Shown here one piece after another: positions 1 to 13,292 of a DNA stretch of 64,000 nt (its first letter is position 1; the number at the start of each line of letters is the position of its first letter). The position numbers and the translations under genes are program-made. A model generated the notes under the pieces. It was not told the DNA's origin. It did not search any database and saw only the letters and a list, made by a program, of their open reading frames with translations. The stretch is from Callorhinchus milii (lineage: Eukaryota), in NCBI RefSeq assembly GCF_018977255.1, contig NW_024704757.1, forward strand, positions 15,748,001-15,812,000. The letters are read 5' to 3'.

Positions 1-1728
1 TGATGTCCCTCGCCCTGCCGAGTGTTCATTCGTTCCAACAGCTCAGTTGGTAAAGCTACAGCCTAGTGTTAAACCCTGAATCAGACCGGCTCAGTGCATG
101 TAACCCAGTCAGTGCCTCTGCCTAATTAGCTGATGTCAGGCAAGCGATGAGGTGTGTGACATCAATAGTCCAGGGTAAGTGATCAGAAATCCTGTATCAG
201 TCAATCATTGCTGCTGTTCACTGTCTCGCGATCATTCTCTCCCGAAATATCATGTGGCACTAGCTGCTGAATGGTGAGGTTAATCTGTTGACCCAGCAAT
301 AAACTGGAACCCGATTGTTAGACGATTAGTGGATCGCTTTTTCTCGGTTAATAATTTCTTCAAAAAACAAGTAATAATACTACATTGGTCACTCAATCCA
401 CGATTATTTGTGGACACCACTGTGCCATATCCTTGAATTTGATATAGCATCTTATCACGTCATTAAGACGTCTCAAAGCACTTCACAGGACATGCTGCAA
501 GGTGAAGTGACTATATAAATTTGTGGGTGAAATACGGCAGCTAATTGCACACAGCAGTGTCCCACAAACAGTCGTGGACTGGGTGACCAAATTATTATTT
601 ATTTGTTTATTTAAAGGGATTATTACCCCACGAAAAGCGATCTGCCAATCGACTAACAACCGGGTTTGTTACCCTGCATTAGGTTGCACTGTATAAGTAC
701 AAGTTGTTGTATAAACACTGGCACAGACTAGTTGGGCTGAATTATCATTCTCGATAATTTGTCTATCTTTTGAGACATCGGAATGTAATATACAACCAAC
801 AGGTGACATCATTTAGCACTTTAGCAGCACATGGCATGTATTAATGTTAAAGTTAATTATAACACACTACTTTGGAAGTTGCAAAGGAGGGTGTATGTCA
901 CATACTTATTTAAAACCAGTTAGTCACAAATTATTTTAGTGGAATTTAATTACAGCTATCAACTTTGTGATTAAATCACCAAAGTGCCATTTACGCTGTT
1001 TCACAACATGTGTACTGGTGTGTCATCATAAAGTGACACTGTAAAGCTCTCTGAGACTGTACCCTGTGCGAAGGGCAATGCTTGAAGTACAGGTCATGTC
1101 ATTAAAATAGAGGCATCCGAAGGCAGTAGTAAGTGGAGGAGAATTTATTTTGCCAAAGGGGTGGGTGGCATGTGTGGAACAAACTACCAGAGAAGGTGAC
1201 TCAACAAAGAAACATTCATTGTAAGAGAGATAGATGTTCCATGAGACAGAAGGGATCCTTTGGGACCTTGGATAATGCAGACAAGCCAACCCAATGGTCT
1301 GCCTCTGCCTGACATTGTGACTATCTTACTAGTCTCACTAGGTACAGTGCATTGGATAGACAACAACAACTTTCATTTATATAGCGTCCTTCACGCTGGG
1401 GAGCAAAACATTGCTCTTGTGGGACGTTGCTGTGTGCAATTGACTGCCGTGTTTCGCCCACAAAACACACAGTCAATTCACTCGACTGTATGTCCAGTGA
1501 TGCGCTCAAGACGAGATAAGGCGCTGTATCAAATACAAGGAATATTATTTTTTTAAATAAAAAAACTTAAGGGGTAAGATGCAAAGGTGGGATTATGGGG
1601 AGGTTGCGGTTGGGACTGGGATGGACAGAGATAGAAATGATAATAATAATAATAATCCTTGCATTGTTATTGCATGAGTTGGCTCAATGTGCGGAGTCAA
1701 GTGACCTTTTGATGGTCCTGATTTATAA

Positions 1729-2040
1729 TAATAATAATAATCCTTTTGATATAGCGCTTTTCACGTCGGGAGGACGTCCCAAAGCGCTTCACAGAACACA
1801 CTGTAAAGTGAATTGACTGTATATTTGTGGGCGAACGCGGCAGCCAATTGCGCACAGCAAAGTCCCACAAACAGTCGTGGATTGAAAATGACCAATTTAT
1901 TATTGTTTTTGGTTTTGGAGGGATTATTATTAGGCTCTGTGTGGAGTAAGGAAACTTGCCCGAGGTTTCGCCCTCTGCCAGGAATTAAACTCAGGTCTCT
2001 CACTTGCAGAGCGAGTGCTCTAACCACTGAGCTGCAGGAT
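1729..2040 (-). mobile_element. tRNA-derived SINE with Deu-like core and L2-like tail (young subfamily)
   Basis: Head with A box CAGCTCAGTGG and degenerate B box, core GCTGTGCGCAATTGGCTGCCGCGTT, (ATT)n tail. Dozens of related fragments occur across the window. Confidence 0.85.
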
Positions 2041-2170
2041 TTGCTGCAATGAGGGATTAACACAAACCCTATTACTGTTCGTGCACTTCAGGAGCAGTTC
2101 CCAGTCTCTGAGGCTCCGTTTCCTAAAATACCTCCGACTATGACGGGGGAAATCTTCAAAGCAGATTGTG

Positions 2171-3075
2171 TACAGGGAGTGGGGCACTCACTCACACTCA
2201 CTCTCACACACACACACAGGGAGTGGGGCACTCACTCACACTCACTCTCACACACACACACAGGGAGTGGGGCACTCACTCACACTCACTCTCACACACA
2301 CACACAGGGAGTGGGGCACTCACTCACACTCACTCTCACACACACACACAGGGAGTGGGGCACTCACTCACACTCACTCTCACACACACACACAGGGAGT
2401 GGGGCACTCACTCACACTCACTCTCACACACACACACACAGGGAGTGGGGCACTCACTCACACTCACTCTCACACACACACACAGGGAGTGGGGCACTCA
2501 CTCACACTCACTCTCACACACACACACACAGGGAGTGGGGCACTCACTCACACTCACTCTCTCACACACACACACACAGGGAGTGGGGCACTCACACTCA
2601 CTCTCACACACACGCACACAGGGAGTGGGGTACTCACTCACACTCACTCTCACACACACACACACAGGGAGTGGGGCACTCACTCACACTCACTCTCACA
2701 CACACACACACAGGGAGTGGGGCACTCACTCACACTCACTCTCACACACTCAGGGAGTGGGGCACTCACTCACACTCACACTCACACACTCAGGGAGTGG
2801 GGCACTCACTCACACTCACACTCAGGGAGTGGGGCACTCACTCACACTCACTCTCACACACTCAGGGAGTGGGGCACTCACTCACACTCACACTCAGGGA
2901 GTGGGGCACTCACTCACACTCACTCTCACACACTCAGGGAGTGGGGCACTCACTCACACTCACACTCACACACTCAGGGAGTGGGGCACTCACTCACACT
3001 CACACTCAGGGGGTGGGGCACTCACTCACACTCAGGGAGTGGGGCACTCACTCACACTCACACTCAGGGGGTGGG
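2171..3075. repeat. Compound minisatellite CAGGGAGTGGGGCACTCACTCACACTCAC(TC)(AC)n
   Basis: About 20 tandem units of variable length (roughly 25-50 bp) directly visible; it explains the three overlapping repetitive ORFs. Confidence 0.95.
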
Positions 3076-3266
3076 GTGAGAGGACCCGAGTGTCGGGTTT
3101 CTCAGGTCGGTGATTGCACTATAAAGTCACACTGTGACGCTGGAAACACAGAGTCACAGAGACACCACTGAGTACACTCCTCGTTCGGTTTAGTTGATTG
3201 CGATTGGGTTTTGAGGCTATAAAAAGGCTCCACTCCGCTCACGAGAGACAGAGAGAGAAGTAACTC

Positions 3267-3668
3267 AAACCAGGAGCCAGAGGGGCATCACCTAAACCAG
3301 GAGCCAGAGGGGCATCACCTAAACCAGGAGCCAGAGGGGCATCACCTAAACCAGGAGCCAGAGGGGCATCAGCTAAACCAGGAGCCAGAGGGGCATCAGC
3401 TACACCAGGAGCCAGAGGGGCATCACCTAAACCAGGAGCCAGAGGGGCATCACCTAAACCAGGAGCCAGAGGGGCATCAGCTACACCAGGAGCCAGAGGG
3501 GCATCAGCTACACCAGGAGCCAGAGGGGCATCAGCTACACCAGGAGCCAGAGGGGCATCAGCTACACCAGGAGCCAGAGGGGCATCAGCTACACCAGGAG
3601 CCAGAGGGGCATCACCTAAACCAGGAGCCAGAGGGGCATCACCTAAACCAGGAGCCAGAGGGGCATCC
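3267..3668. repeat. 27-bp minisatellite, 15 copies, immediately 5' of the NOXO1 ATG
   Basis: Unit AAACCAGGAGCCAGAGGGGCATCACCT with variant ACACCAGGAGCCAGAGGGGCATCAGCT. Confidence 0.95.
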
Positions 3669-3692
3669 ACCAGTCCCCCCCCACCAGACGGG

Positions 3693-6600
3693 ATGAATCC
3701 CCGCTGCCCTCTGTCTGTGAGGGTTATTGGTGTTATGCAGCACCAGAAGCGGAAGGTAACCGACTCCCCTTTCCCTCCATCGCTGTTGAAATACATAAAT
3801 GTATTAAAACGTAAGAGGGTATATAAACGGGAGAGCGATGTGAAGCGGATCAGCGGATCGCACTGTGAGTGACGGTCACATCTGATGTGGTGTAATGATG
3901 ATAATTGATATCAAACACAAGGATTGCGATTACTGCGGTTATAATGAATGCAGAGGCCGAGGGTTCGAGTGCTATCAACAGTTCAGGTGCAGCTGTTGAG
4001 CTGATACCCTGTGGTCGGACAGATCTGACTTTGTTTTGTGAATTGTCTTAACACCTTTTCTTTCGTCTTTTTCGTAACTCAGACTTTCCTCACATCGGTG
4101 CTGTGGTCCGACCAAAACGATGTCATCGTCTACAGGACCTTTGAAGAGTTCAAGAAGTTGCACGTAAGGAACATCCAGTCTTCTTGTTAAAACCTTTGAT
4201 TAAAATCCTGTTTGTGGGACACTGATGTCTGCAATCGGCTGCCGCACTGGTTACCGCAAAACACAGTCACTACACTTTGCAGTATATTCTGTGAAGCGCT
4301 TTGATTATTATTAAACAATCAATAATAACCATTTATTATTGATTATTTAATAAACCCCCCCCCCCTCCGCCCCTTTCGCTGAGTCCGTTCGCCTGTCCCA
4401 GGCGTTGGTGCCATCCTGTTCGCTTGTTCCTTGTTACTAATTTAATATATTTTTAATTTAAACCCACAGAAAACACTGGTACAGAAATTCCCCGTGGAGG
4501 CAGGGCGCATTAAGAAATCCGACAGAATTCTACCCAAGTTTCAAGGTACGGTGACAAATAAAAAGAAATAGAAAACAAAAACCCTGCAATCATTTCAAAA
4601 CAAAATGCTTCATTTCACGAGCTGTTTGTTTCGTGAAATGTGTTTTCGCTTGTGGTTGGTGTTCCAAGTTCCACTTTGTTTGTATATATTGTAAATGATA
4701 ATAATAATAATAATAATTTAGTCATTCGATCCACCACTCTTTGTGGGGGACGCTGCTGTGCGCAATCGGCTGCCGCGTTTCGCCCACAAAATATAGTCAA
4801 TTCACTTCACAGCTGTGAAGTATTTTTAAGACATCTCGAAGATGCGATGAGGTGCTATGTCAAATGCAAGGATTATTCTTATATATATTATGTATTTGGT
4901 AATAGTGTGTATTATAATAATGATATCCTTACACGTGATGTGGCAATTTTCGCATCAAACAAATACAAAAAAATGCTTCTTGATCAATGATGGTCATTTT
5001 CCATTTTAAAAATATTTTTTTTTAAAAAAATTACAGCGTAAAGTTAAAATGTTTGTTCTACATACCTGAAAAAGAGCTCTTGTGGTTGAACATGCGAAGC
5101 GTTTAAATTGTGGGCTTGGGGTATGACTCTCCCAATGCTTTGTTCAAGCCAAATGCAAGGATCCATTGTTATTATTATGATAATTATTATTATTATTATG
5201 ATTATTATGGTATACAACAGAAACAGCCAATTCTGCTGTTCTTCTGGTGTTTTTTATCTTGAACCTATCAATCCCACTCTCCAGCTCCCTCCCCATTAAC
5301 CTTTAATATTCCCCCTTTATGGATCAATCTAATTCCCTGTCAAAACGAATTGATACGACTTTGAATCCACAACAGTCTGAGAAATGCACACTTTGTGGGA
5401 AAAAAAAACTACTCATTCTCTGTATAAGTATTTTTTTTCTCTCTCTCTCGTCTGCCTTCAAATTTTCTTTGTGTGTCTGTCTCTACCTTCGGTATTTGCT
5501 CTGCAATTAAAATGGGGCCAATGTTTTATGTTTGACTTTCCAGATATTTCGTTGAAGGACAGGAGGCACAGGCGTGTGAGTAAATCTGTCCTCAGAGTCC
5601 AACTGCTGGAGAAATACTGTTCCAATTTACTGGACACCAGTGCGAAAATCTCCCAGTGTCAAGACGTTGTACAGTTCTTCCTGCCCAACAGTCAGGATCT
5701 CAAACCTTCATTCCCCTCAAACAGGTAAGCGGCAAAGGCGGGGATTATAACCCTGGTTAACATTAACGCTTTCTCAACCAGAGAAAAGATGGAGCAAAGC
5801 CATTTCCTGACCAAACTATTTCGCTCTCAAACTATACAGTCAATTCACTTTACAATGTATCCCGTGAAGCGCTTTGAGATAGTTAGAGATAGCTCGTCTC
5901 TGAATTAGACGCTTGTGGGTTTGGGTTCCATGTTGGACTTTAGGTTCATGGACCAGTCTGATACTCCCAAATGCAGTGTGTTTTGTGTGTGTGTGGAGGG
6001 GGGGGGGGGGTGGGGGGGAGAGAGAGAGAGAGAGATGAGACTTGCCCTACTTGAGAAAATAAGGGAGTTTCACTCTCCTGGAGCCAGGGGCTGGTAATTC
6101 TCCAGATAGAATTTGTCATCCACTGCATTGTTGCTTGTGAGACGTTACTGAGCTCAAACTCGTGAAGTGCTTTGAGACATCTCGACAAGGCGATAGCGTG
6201 CGGTATCGATGGGAGGATTTTTTTCCAAAATTCAGGATAACGCGCAAATTTTACCCCGAAAATTCAAGTCAATCGGTTATTCATCTCATCAATAGTCATG
6301 ACACTTTGCTGACCAATTCCACCCGGAGTCTTGATTAATTCTATTGACAGAATAGCAGAATTTAGCAAAGGTGTTCAGTTCAATTTTAACTTTGAAGCCC
6401 GTTTTCTGTGGTTCTTTAGAGAAACTAACAGAAAACCGGCTTCAAAATCAAAAGCCTCAATAACACAGTGAATCTAGACTTGGGTGGAATTTTTAATTGG
6501 TGCTTTTCTTGAGCTGGGGCCAGCTAAAACCTTATCAGCTGGCCCAAGGGGACTTTTAATGTATTTCCTTCCTCTCTTTCTCTCCCCCACCAACCCCTTC

Positions 6601-9361
6601 CCCATCATATCGAATGTTTAAAGCGACTTTTGTTACAATGCAACCTGAGAGTTTTCTTTCTGTGTGTGTGTTGCTCCAGTATTGTTATCATGCCTTCTGG
6701 AGCCGGGGAGCAGACTGGTGACTTGAACGGTCCGAACAAAACTTCCATTCAGTCCATCACCCAGCCTGGAGTTCTGGAGAGCTACAGGTGTATTGCCTCG
6801 TACGAAACCAAAGACACCAAAAACAAAGCGTTTAAGATCCTGGAAGGTGAAATAGTCGATGTAGTAGCCAAGAACCCATCAGGTAACTTTTCTTTTGGTG
6901 GCATTGAGCCTTGGATCTTTGTTACTGAGTCAGACACATCACAGGGAACTCTTAGTAGTTGATAGAATCATAAAGCACAGAAGGAGGTCATTCTGCCCAT
7001 CGCGTCTGTGCTGGCTCTTTGAAAGAGCTACCCAACCAGTCCCACTTCCCATATATTTTCCCCATAGATCTGCAATTTTTTTTCTTCAAGTGAATATCTA
7101 GTTCCTTTGTAAAAGTTATTACATTTTAAGCTTCCGGATTTGTAAAAGCCTTACGTGTGTTGGTCAAGTCACCCCCTCACACCTGCTCGGTGTCTGGCCT
7201 GACCATTGTAAAGCGCTCAGATGTTGTTTTATGGGAAGGTTACTATATAAACCTGAGCTGTTGTTGACCTCGTCATAATAGTCACACTAACTCTTTGTTA
7301 CAGGATGGTGGCTGGTGGAGAATGACGAGAAGCAGTTGGCTTGGTTCCCGGCGCCCTATCTGAAGAAGTGCCTCAATGCTGCCCCCTCAGTGCTGCCAAA
7401 TAACGATGAAAGAGGTAAAGGAGGGGGTGTCTCTGAGGATCTTGTTCGAAACATTTTTAAAATTTAAAAAAGCCTTTGGAGTGAACCTACCCCTATCTTG
7501 TCTCCAACTGGGCAATGCTTTCAAACCACTCAGTGCAAAGATCAAACTCAGCCCATTGTTGTGTGTGGGGTGGGGGGGGGGCAGCTGGGGACTGAACGCA
7601 CTTTACTTTAATAATACATCACCGCGTTGTGAATCTCTGCAGTCCGACCTGACAAAAACTCGCTGATTTATAACCTCTCGGTATAGAATTTACACTGTAT
7701 AGCAATACCACGGTTGCTATCGGGGGGACACTCTCACATTCTCTTAAGGCGGTCGTGAGGGCTTGTCTTGATTTGTGTTTACACGTAGTCCAGCACAGCC
7801 TACCCCAGCCCCTATCCATGTACATCTTACTGTCATTTTGAGGGACTTACTGGCCCTGGCAATTTTGAGTAAATTCAGTCCTGTAGAGTATCTGGTTACA
7901 ATTGTGTAAACCACTGCTTAAGACTTTTTACAAAGGGAGTCAGTTAATCCAGTGCCGTTTGCTATTGCGAAATGCGGCTGAATTGATCTGCGACAGCAAC
8001 TCTCGCAAGTAACTTTCACTCTCACTAAGTTCGGGACTGGCCACAAATGTAATTTTAAGCGTGCGGAATATGCCATTTTTTTAAAAAACAAAGCCGTGCG
8101 GCTAAGATTAAAGTTGCTCTTTTGAGTTTTTTTTTGGTTTCTGATACGCTTCACGTTTCCGGCAGCCACTTGGCCAACGTCTCGTAGCTGCCGTTTAAAA
8201 TTTTGAGAGAAAGCGAAAGCCTTGACCCTTGGGCCTGTGCTCTCACTATTTCAGGGTGTCTATATTACGTTGTGACAAGCTATGAAGCAACAAACGAGAA
8301 GGACGAGCTGTCCATCCAGGAGGGCGTCATCATTCAGGTTTTGCAGAAGTCCAATGACGGCTGGTGGCTTGTCAGGTTAGTAGTTCTTCTCGTAACACTT
8401 TCCGAAATCAGTGTGCACACTTCCACACGGAACACCCTTTTGCTGCCTTTAACCCACAGTGCCTTATCAACACAATCAAACTTTTTTTTAATGAATTGCG
8501 TTGGTCGCATAAAGGATTTGCCATCTCCATCCGTGTGTCTGCAGATTCAGATTGTTCGTCCTCCTTGCATTCGATAAAAAAAAATCCTTGCATTCGATGC
8601 AGTGTGCAGTGCCTCATCGCGTCTTTGAGACGTCTCAAAGCGCATTACAGGATATACTGTAAAGTGAATTGTTGACTGTATATTTTCTGGGCGAAACGAG
8701 GCAGCCAATTCACTCTGAAAGCAGCAACGAAAATGCCAAGATTAACGAGATTTCTTTGTTGACCAACAGGTACGCTGGACAAACTGGCTATGTCCCCTCT
8801 GTGTATCTCCAGCAGTACAGAAACCCACATTCAAAATTCCAGATGCTCACAAAGGCCAATATGTACACCTCCACACCAAACCTCCTCGCCTCTGTGAGCT
8901 TTCTGGAGAATCGGTCAAACGGAGCCCTGAGGAGCCACACGAGTCCAGTTGATCAGACGCAGGGCGGTAACAAGGAGACAATGACATTGACCAGGAAACT
9001 GTCAAAGTCAATCAACTACTTGCCTGACAATACAACGTACAATGAGAGCTTCCACAATTCAATTGAGTCAGAAAGTGGCTCGGAGAGTAACAGTGATGAC
9101 ATTAGCATGACCACCGTGAGCTCAAGCAAGTCACACTCCTCCGAGGATGTTAGTTTGTCAGAGAGTTACAGTGCGCGTCCAGCGTCTGACGATGAACCAG
9201 CGAAGAATAATTCTGCGCCTGTCCTGTCTGAGAAGAGTTCTGCCACCGTCCCAAAGCCCCAAATCCCGCCAAGGCCACACACTCATGAAATCTTAACCAA
9301 ATGTTCGACCGTCACTAAAAACATAATCCTGAAAGCTCAAAACAAAAAGCCTCCACTTTAA
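3693..9361 (+). CDS. NOXO1: NADPH oxidase organizer 1 (PX-SH3-SH3-PRR), 8 coding exons
   Basis: Exons 3693-3755, 4083-4163, 4470-4545, 5544-5724, 6680-6882, 7304-7414, 8255-8375, 8770-9361, all GT-AG with compatible phases. PX domain [54 protein letters not shown]; two SH3 domains (KNPSGWWLVE..WFPAPYL; [25 protein letters not shown]); C-terminal PQIPPRP..CSTVTK. No basic autoinhibitory region as in NCF1. Convergent with TBL3, as in human. Confidence 0.93.
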
Positions 9362-10904
9362 CCTGATGGTGGGGAATACAATCCGCAAAGAGCGCTGAAA
9401 AGATTGGTGGGAAAAAGTTTAACAAACCATTAAGTAAACATTTTTGCTAAGTTGTGTTGCAGTTACAATTTTAAAAGGTTTTAAAAGGTTTTAAAAGCCA
9501 ATACATTATGTTAAACGTGTCAGATGTTGAGTTTTAGCTTTTGTTACATTAACTGACGTAATTACTGTGCAGCAAGGAATCTTGAAACACCCGTAGAACA
9601 AAGAGGGGGATTATTAATCCCCCTCTTATTATATTATATTATTATTAATTTGTTGTACTAAGAGATTACTACATTTGGCTGCTTTCTTTCTGAACCGCCG
9701 CTAACCCTACAGCCTAAGTTAAGGTTGTGCAGGGATGTGCAACTATGGAGAGGAACAAAACGTATTGGCCAGAGAAAGATTGTTTGTAGTTAGCGTCATT
9801 AACGAACTTACATTTTACAGAGAAGTTCCACATGTAAATCTAGTGTAGCCTAATCTTTTTTTTTAAAAAAAAGTAGTAAAATTAGTTTGGGTTTAGGGAT
9901 ATGATGATTGAGTCTTTTTGGGTTACAATATTGACAAGTTTTTGCATGTGTTATTTTTGTAGTGAGATTCAATTTTTACAAATCTCCAGTATCAGTATCT
10001 GACCTCCACCCATTACATTGCTCTGTCTTCCTCCACCCATTACATTGGGATTTATTTCAAAGTCGGGCTGAATTTCTTCATTGCTCACGATCATGAACTG
10101 AAAGTGAACAAGGACAGTCTTCAAGACTTTCAAAGAGGGTGAATAAATGAAAGTTACAGGCAACCTGTTTTCCTAATTTCAAAAAAGTAACAATTGGCTT
10201 TTGACAATTACGTGTTATTTTCATATTGAACTTTATTTTCCATAATGGAAAAATGTTTTTTCTACTTATATTGTCTTATCACCAACTTATATTAAGATTC
10301 AGTAACTAGTTGTTTCCTACGTACAGCATGGGAATGACTACAAATAGACTTGTGTGCCTCTCTCTGAGTCATGTTGCTTGCTTTTAGGTTACAACTGGTT
10401 GTACAGTTCAGCTATATTTGCTGTATATTACCCATGTAAACATTCAAACCAATTCTGTATTTTGTATTCAAAAGTATAATAAAAAAAACCTTTGAATGTT
10501 CATGCGAGTTCTGACATTGACTATTGTTTTTCTGCCCATTGATCTTTGCCTTTTTCTTGAGACAGTTTGATCTTGTTGTTCTTGTTTGTGGCATTCAGTT
10601 CCAACTATTCAAAGTGAAAGCAACAACACGCACTCTGTCAATTAATGAGACATTCACATTCCTGCAAGATTACAGGACAGAGCAAGGGATCACAGTAGTT
10701 AGCTCCAACAGAGGAATTAGCACCAGCAAAGAGCACGCCATCCACCCTACAATTACTAATTCCATTACTCAACGTGTTTCACAGATTATACTGTAAGTGA
10801 ATTGACTGTATTTGTTGTGGGTGAAACCCGGCAGCCAGTTTGCGCACAGCAGCGTCCCACAAGCAGCCGTGGAGTGATGACGGATTTTATTTGAGGGATT
10901 GTTC

Positions 10905-11132
10905 TCTTTTCGAACAGTACTCATGGGATCTTTAACGTCCACCTGAACAGCCAAACAGGACCTCAGTTAATGTCTTATTCGAATGATGGCACCTCTGAAA
11001 ATACAGCAACCCCCAACACGGCATTGGAGTATCAGCTTAGACTATGTGATTCCAAGTCCCGACGTGGGGCTTGAACCCACAACCTTCTGACTCAGAGGCG
11101 AGAGAGAGAGGGTTACCAATGAGCCAGGCTGA
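10905..11132 (-). mobile_element. Ancient SacSINE1/AmnSINE-like DeuSINE fragment
   Basis: Minus strand CTCGCCTCTGAGTCAGAAGGTTGTGGGTTCAAGCCCCAC..GAGGTGCCATC..CAGGTGGACGTTAAAGATCCCATG resembles the recalled shark SacSINE1 consensus. Similar fragments at ~56616-56670 and ~59920-60030. Confidence 0.6.
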
Positions 11133-12500
11133 CACATTCGCTTTCCCAGGAATTCATGTAAATCTTCACTAAGAACCTTAGGGTAACCTGGATCAATATT
11201 TAACCCCAGATGTGATCGAGACTGGTTAGTGACGATACACAGTGAATGGCAGGCCAATCAAGATAAGGATAGAAACGCTTCTGAAACCAGTAATACAAGA
11301 CAGCGCCCCACCTTAGATCAGCGGAAAGAACCACTTTCGGGAACGCACCATAACGAACCAAACTGCAGTTGAGAACGCAAATCAGAAACCAAATGCATCC
11401 CAACACTACCCCTCAGTCATATGCCTTAATAGTAATCTTTGCATTTGACACAGTGCCTTATCACATCTTCAACACGTCTCAAAGCGCTTCACAGAATATA
11501 CTGTAAAGTGAATCGACTGTATATTTTGTGGGCGAAACACAGCAGCCAATTGCGCACAGGAGGGTCTCCACAAACAGCCGTAGATTGAGTGACCAAATTA
11601 TTATTATTTTTTAAAGGGATTATTACCTCCAGAAAAGCGATCCACCAATCGACTAACAACCAAGTTCCTACTTATTTCTGGGAAATAGGCATGTGTTGTA
11701 AGGAAACTTGTCTAACATTTTGTCCTGCCCATACTGTGAACAGATGACTCATTTCACTGCATCAATACCATTCACCATCAGGAATAGCTATGGAGGGTAT
11801 TGGGTGCGTACATGTGAGTGCAGGAAAACTACACATACTCAACTATTAGTGCGTCAGAAGCTTTATAAAAGGTTAGGAGTTTTCTTTTTAGGAATTTCCC
11901 CGGTTGCCAGAGTGCTCACCTCCAGTCTAAGAGGTTGCGGTTTCATGCACCAAATCAGCTCATAGTCCAGCCAGGGTGGTCCAACTGGTGGAGCCAGTTC
12001 AACCAGTTCAGCTCCAAGGAGACCTTGTTTACCTCCCAAGGTGGATAGCTATTAGTTAACTTATTTGACTTCAGACAAGCACAGCTTTGAGTCCTCATTG
12101 AGTGGATAGCAGCGAGTTGTCGAGTTGCGCACAGCTCATTTTTTTAATCTTATTTTGAAAGGGATTGTCTCGCTTCCTTTTGGCCAACAGTCCTCCAGAT
12201 AAATAGATCAGTCACCGCGTGAAGCTTGCTGTGCGCCAAACAGTTGCCTTGTTTGCCTGAAGAAATGCCTGGGTAGTGATTTGAGATGTTTTCAGCGCGA
12301 TGATTCCTTCTTTTGAACAGATGCATTATACAATATACAGGCTTATCTCACAGAGGTCAGTCTTTGGGGTAGTGACTCATCCAAGTTTTTATAATTTCTT
12401 AACAGAAGCCTCTTTCACAAGCCTCTTTCCCAACACAACCCGCAACAGAGATAAGATATGCACCTGTGCTTATTATTGCAGCCATCGCTGAATCTTCAAA

Positions 12501-12812
12501 ATAATAATAATCCTTGCATTTGATATAGCGCTTTTCACGGGACGTCCCAAAGCGCTTCACAGAACACACTGTAAAGTGAATTGACTGTATATTTGTGGGC
12601 GAACGCGGCAGCCAATTGCGCACAGCAATGTCCCACAAACAGTCGTAGATTGAAAATGACCAATTTATTATTGTTTTGGTGTTGGAGGGATTATTATTAG
12701 GCTCTGTGTGGAGTAAGGAAACTTGCCCAAGGTTTCGCCCTCTGCCTGGAATTGAACTCAGGTCTCTCGCTTGCAAAGCGAGTGCTCTAACCACTGAGCT
12801 ACAGAACTCCAA
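12501..12812 (-). mobile_element. tRNA-derived SINE, very similar to the 1729-2040 copy
   Basis: Same head, core and tail; begins GGAGTTCTGTAGCTCAGTGGTTAGAGCACTCGC on the minus strand. Confidence 0.88.
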
Positions 12813-13292
12813 ATGTATCAAAGCTTGACTACCCTAACTCCCTGCTCGCCAAACTTCAACAGAGAATGGACTTCTAAATATTCTTTTTACCAGTGTGGGT
12901 GGAAAAGCTGTGCTTAATTTCCAAAGAATTGAGGATTGATGTTCAAGATCCTAGTCCTCACCTTTAAAGACCTCCACAGCCTTGCTCCTCCTTTCCTCTG
13001 TGACCTGCTAAACCTTTACCAACAGTCTTCCTGCCCTCCCCCTCTGGAACTACATCCTAGAATCCCTCTTTCTCGTCCCCTCCTTTGTCCTCTTCAAGGT
13101 CCGTCTCAAGTCCTTCCTCTTTGACAGTGCCTTCGGTCATCTTCCCACCTCGACTCCAGCCTCCAGCTCGGGTGCAAACCCTTCACTGTCCTGAACCTTG
13201 GGATGTCCTCCTGAAGTGACAGGCCTTATATAAATACAATATGTTTGGCTGCAGCGTTTCGCCACAAAAATATAGTCAATTCACTTTACTGA

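Noticed and set aside
2140-3171. Long ORFs of 303-343 aa in three frames
   Set aside because: They are translations of a stop-free minisatellite, open in all three frames and with no recognisable domain.
3239-3796. Minus-strand 185-aa DAPLAPG-repeat ORF
   Set aside because: It is the antisense reading of the 27-bp VNTR and overlaps NOXO1 exon 1.
3693-9361. NCF1/p47phox or SH3PXD2 identity
   Set aside because: It has only two SH3 domains, no polybasic autoinhibitory region, and TBL3 synteny indicates NOXO1.
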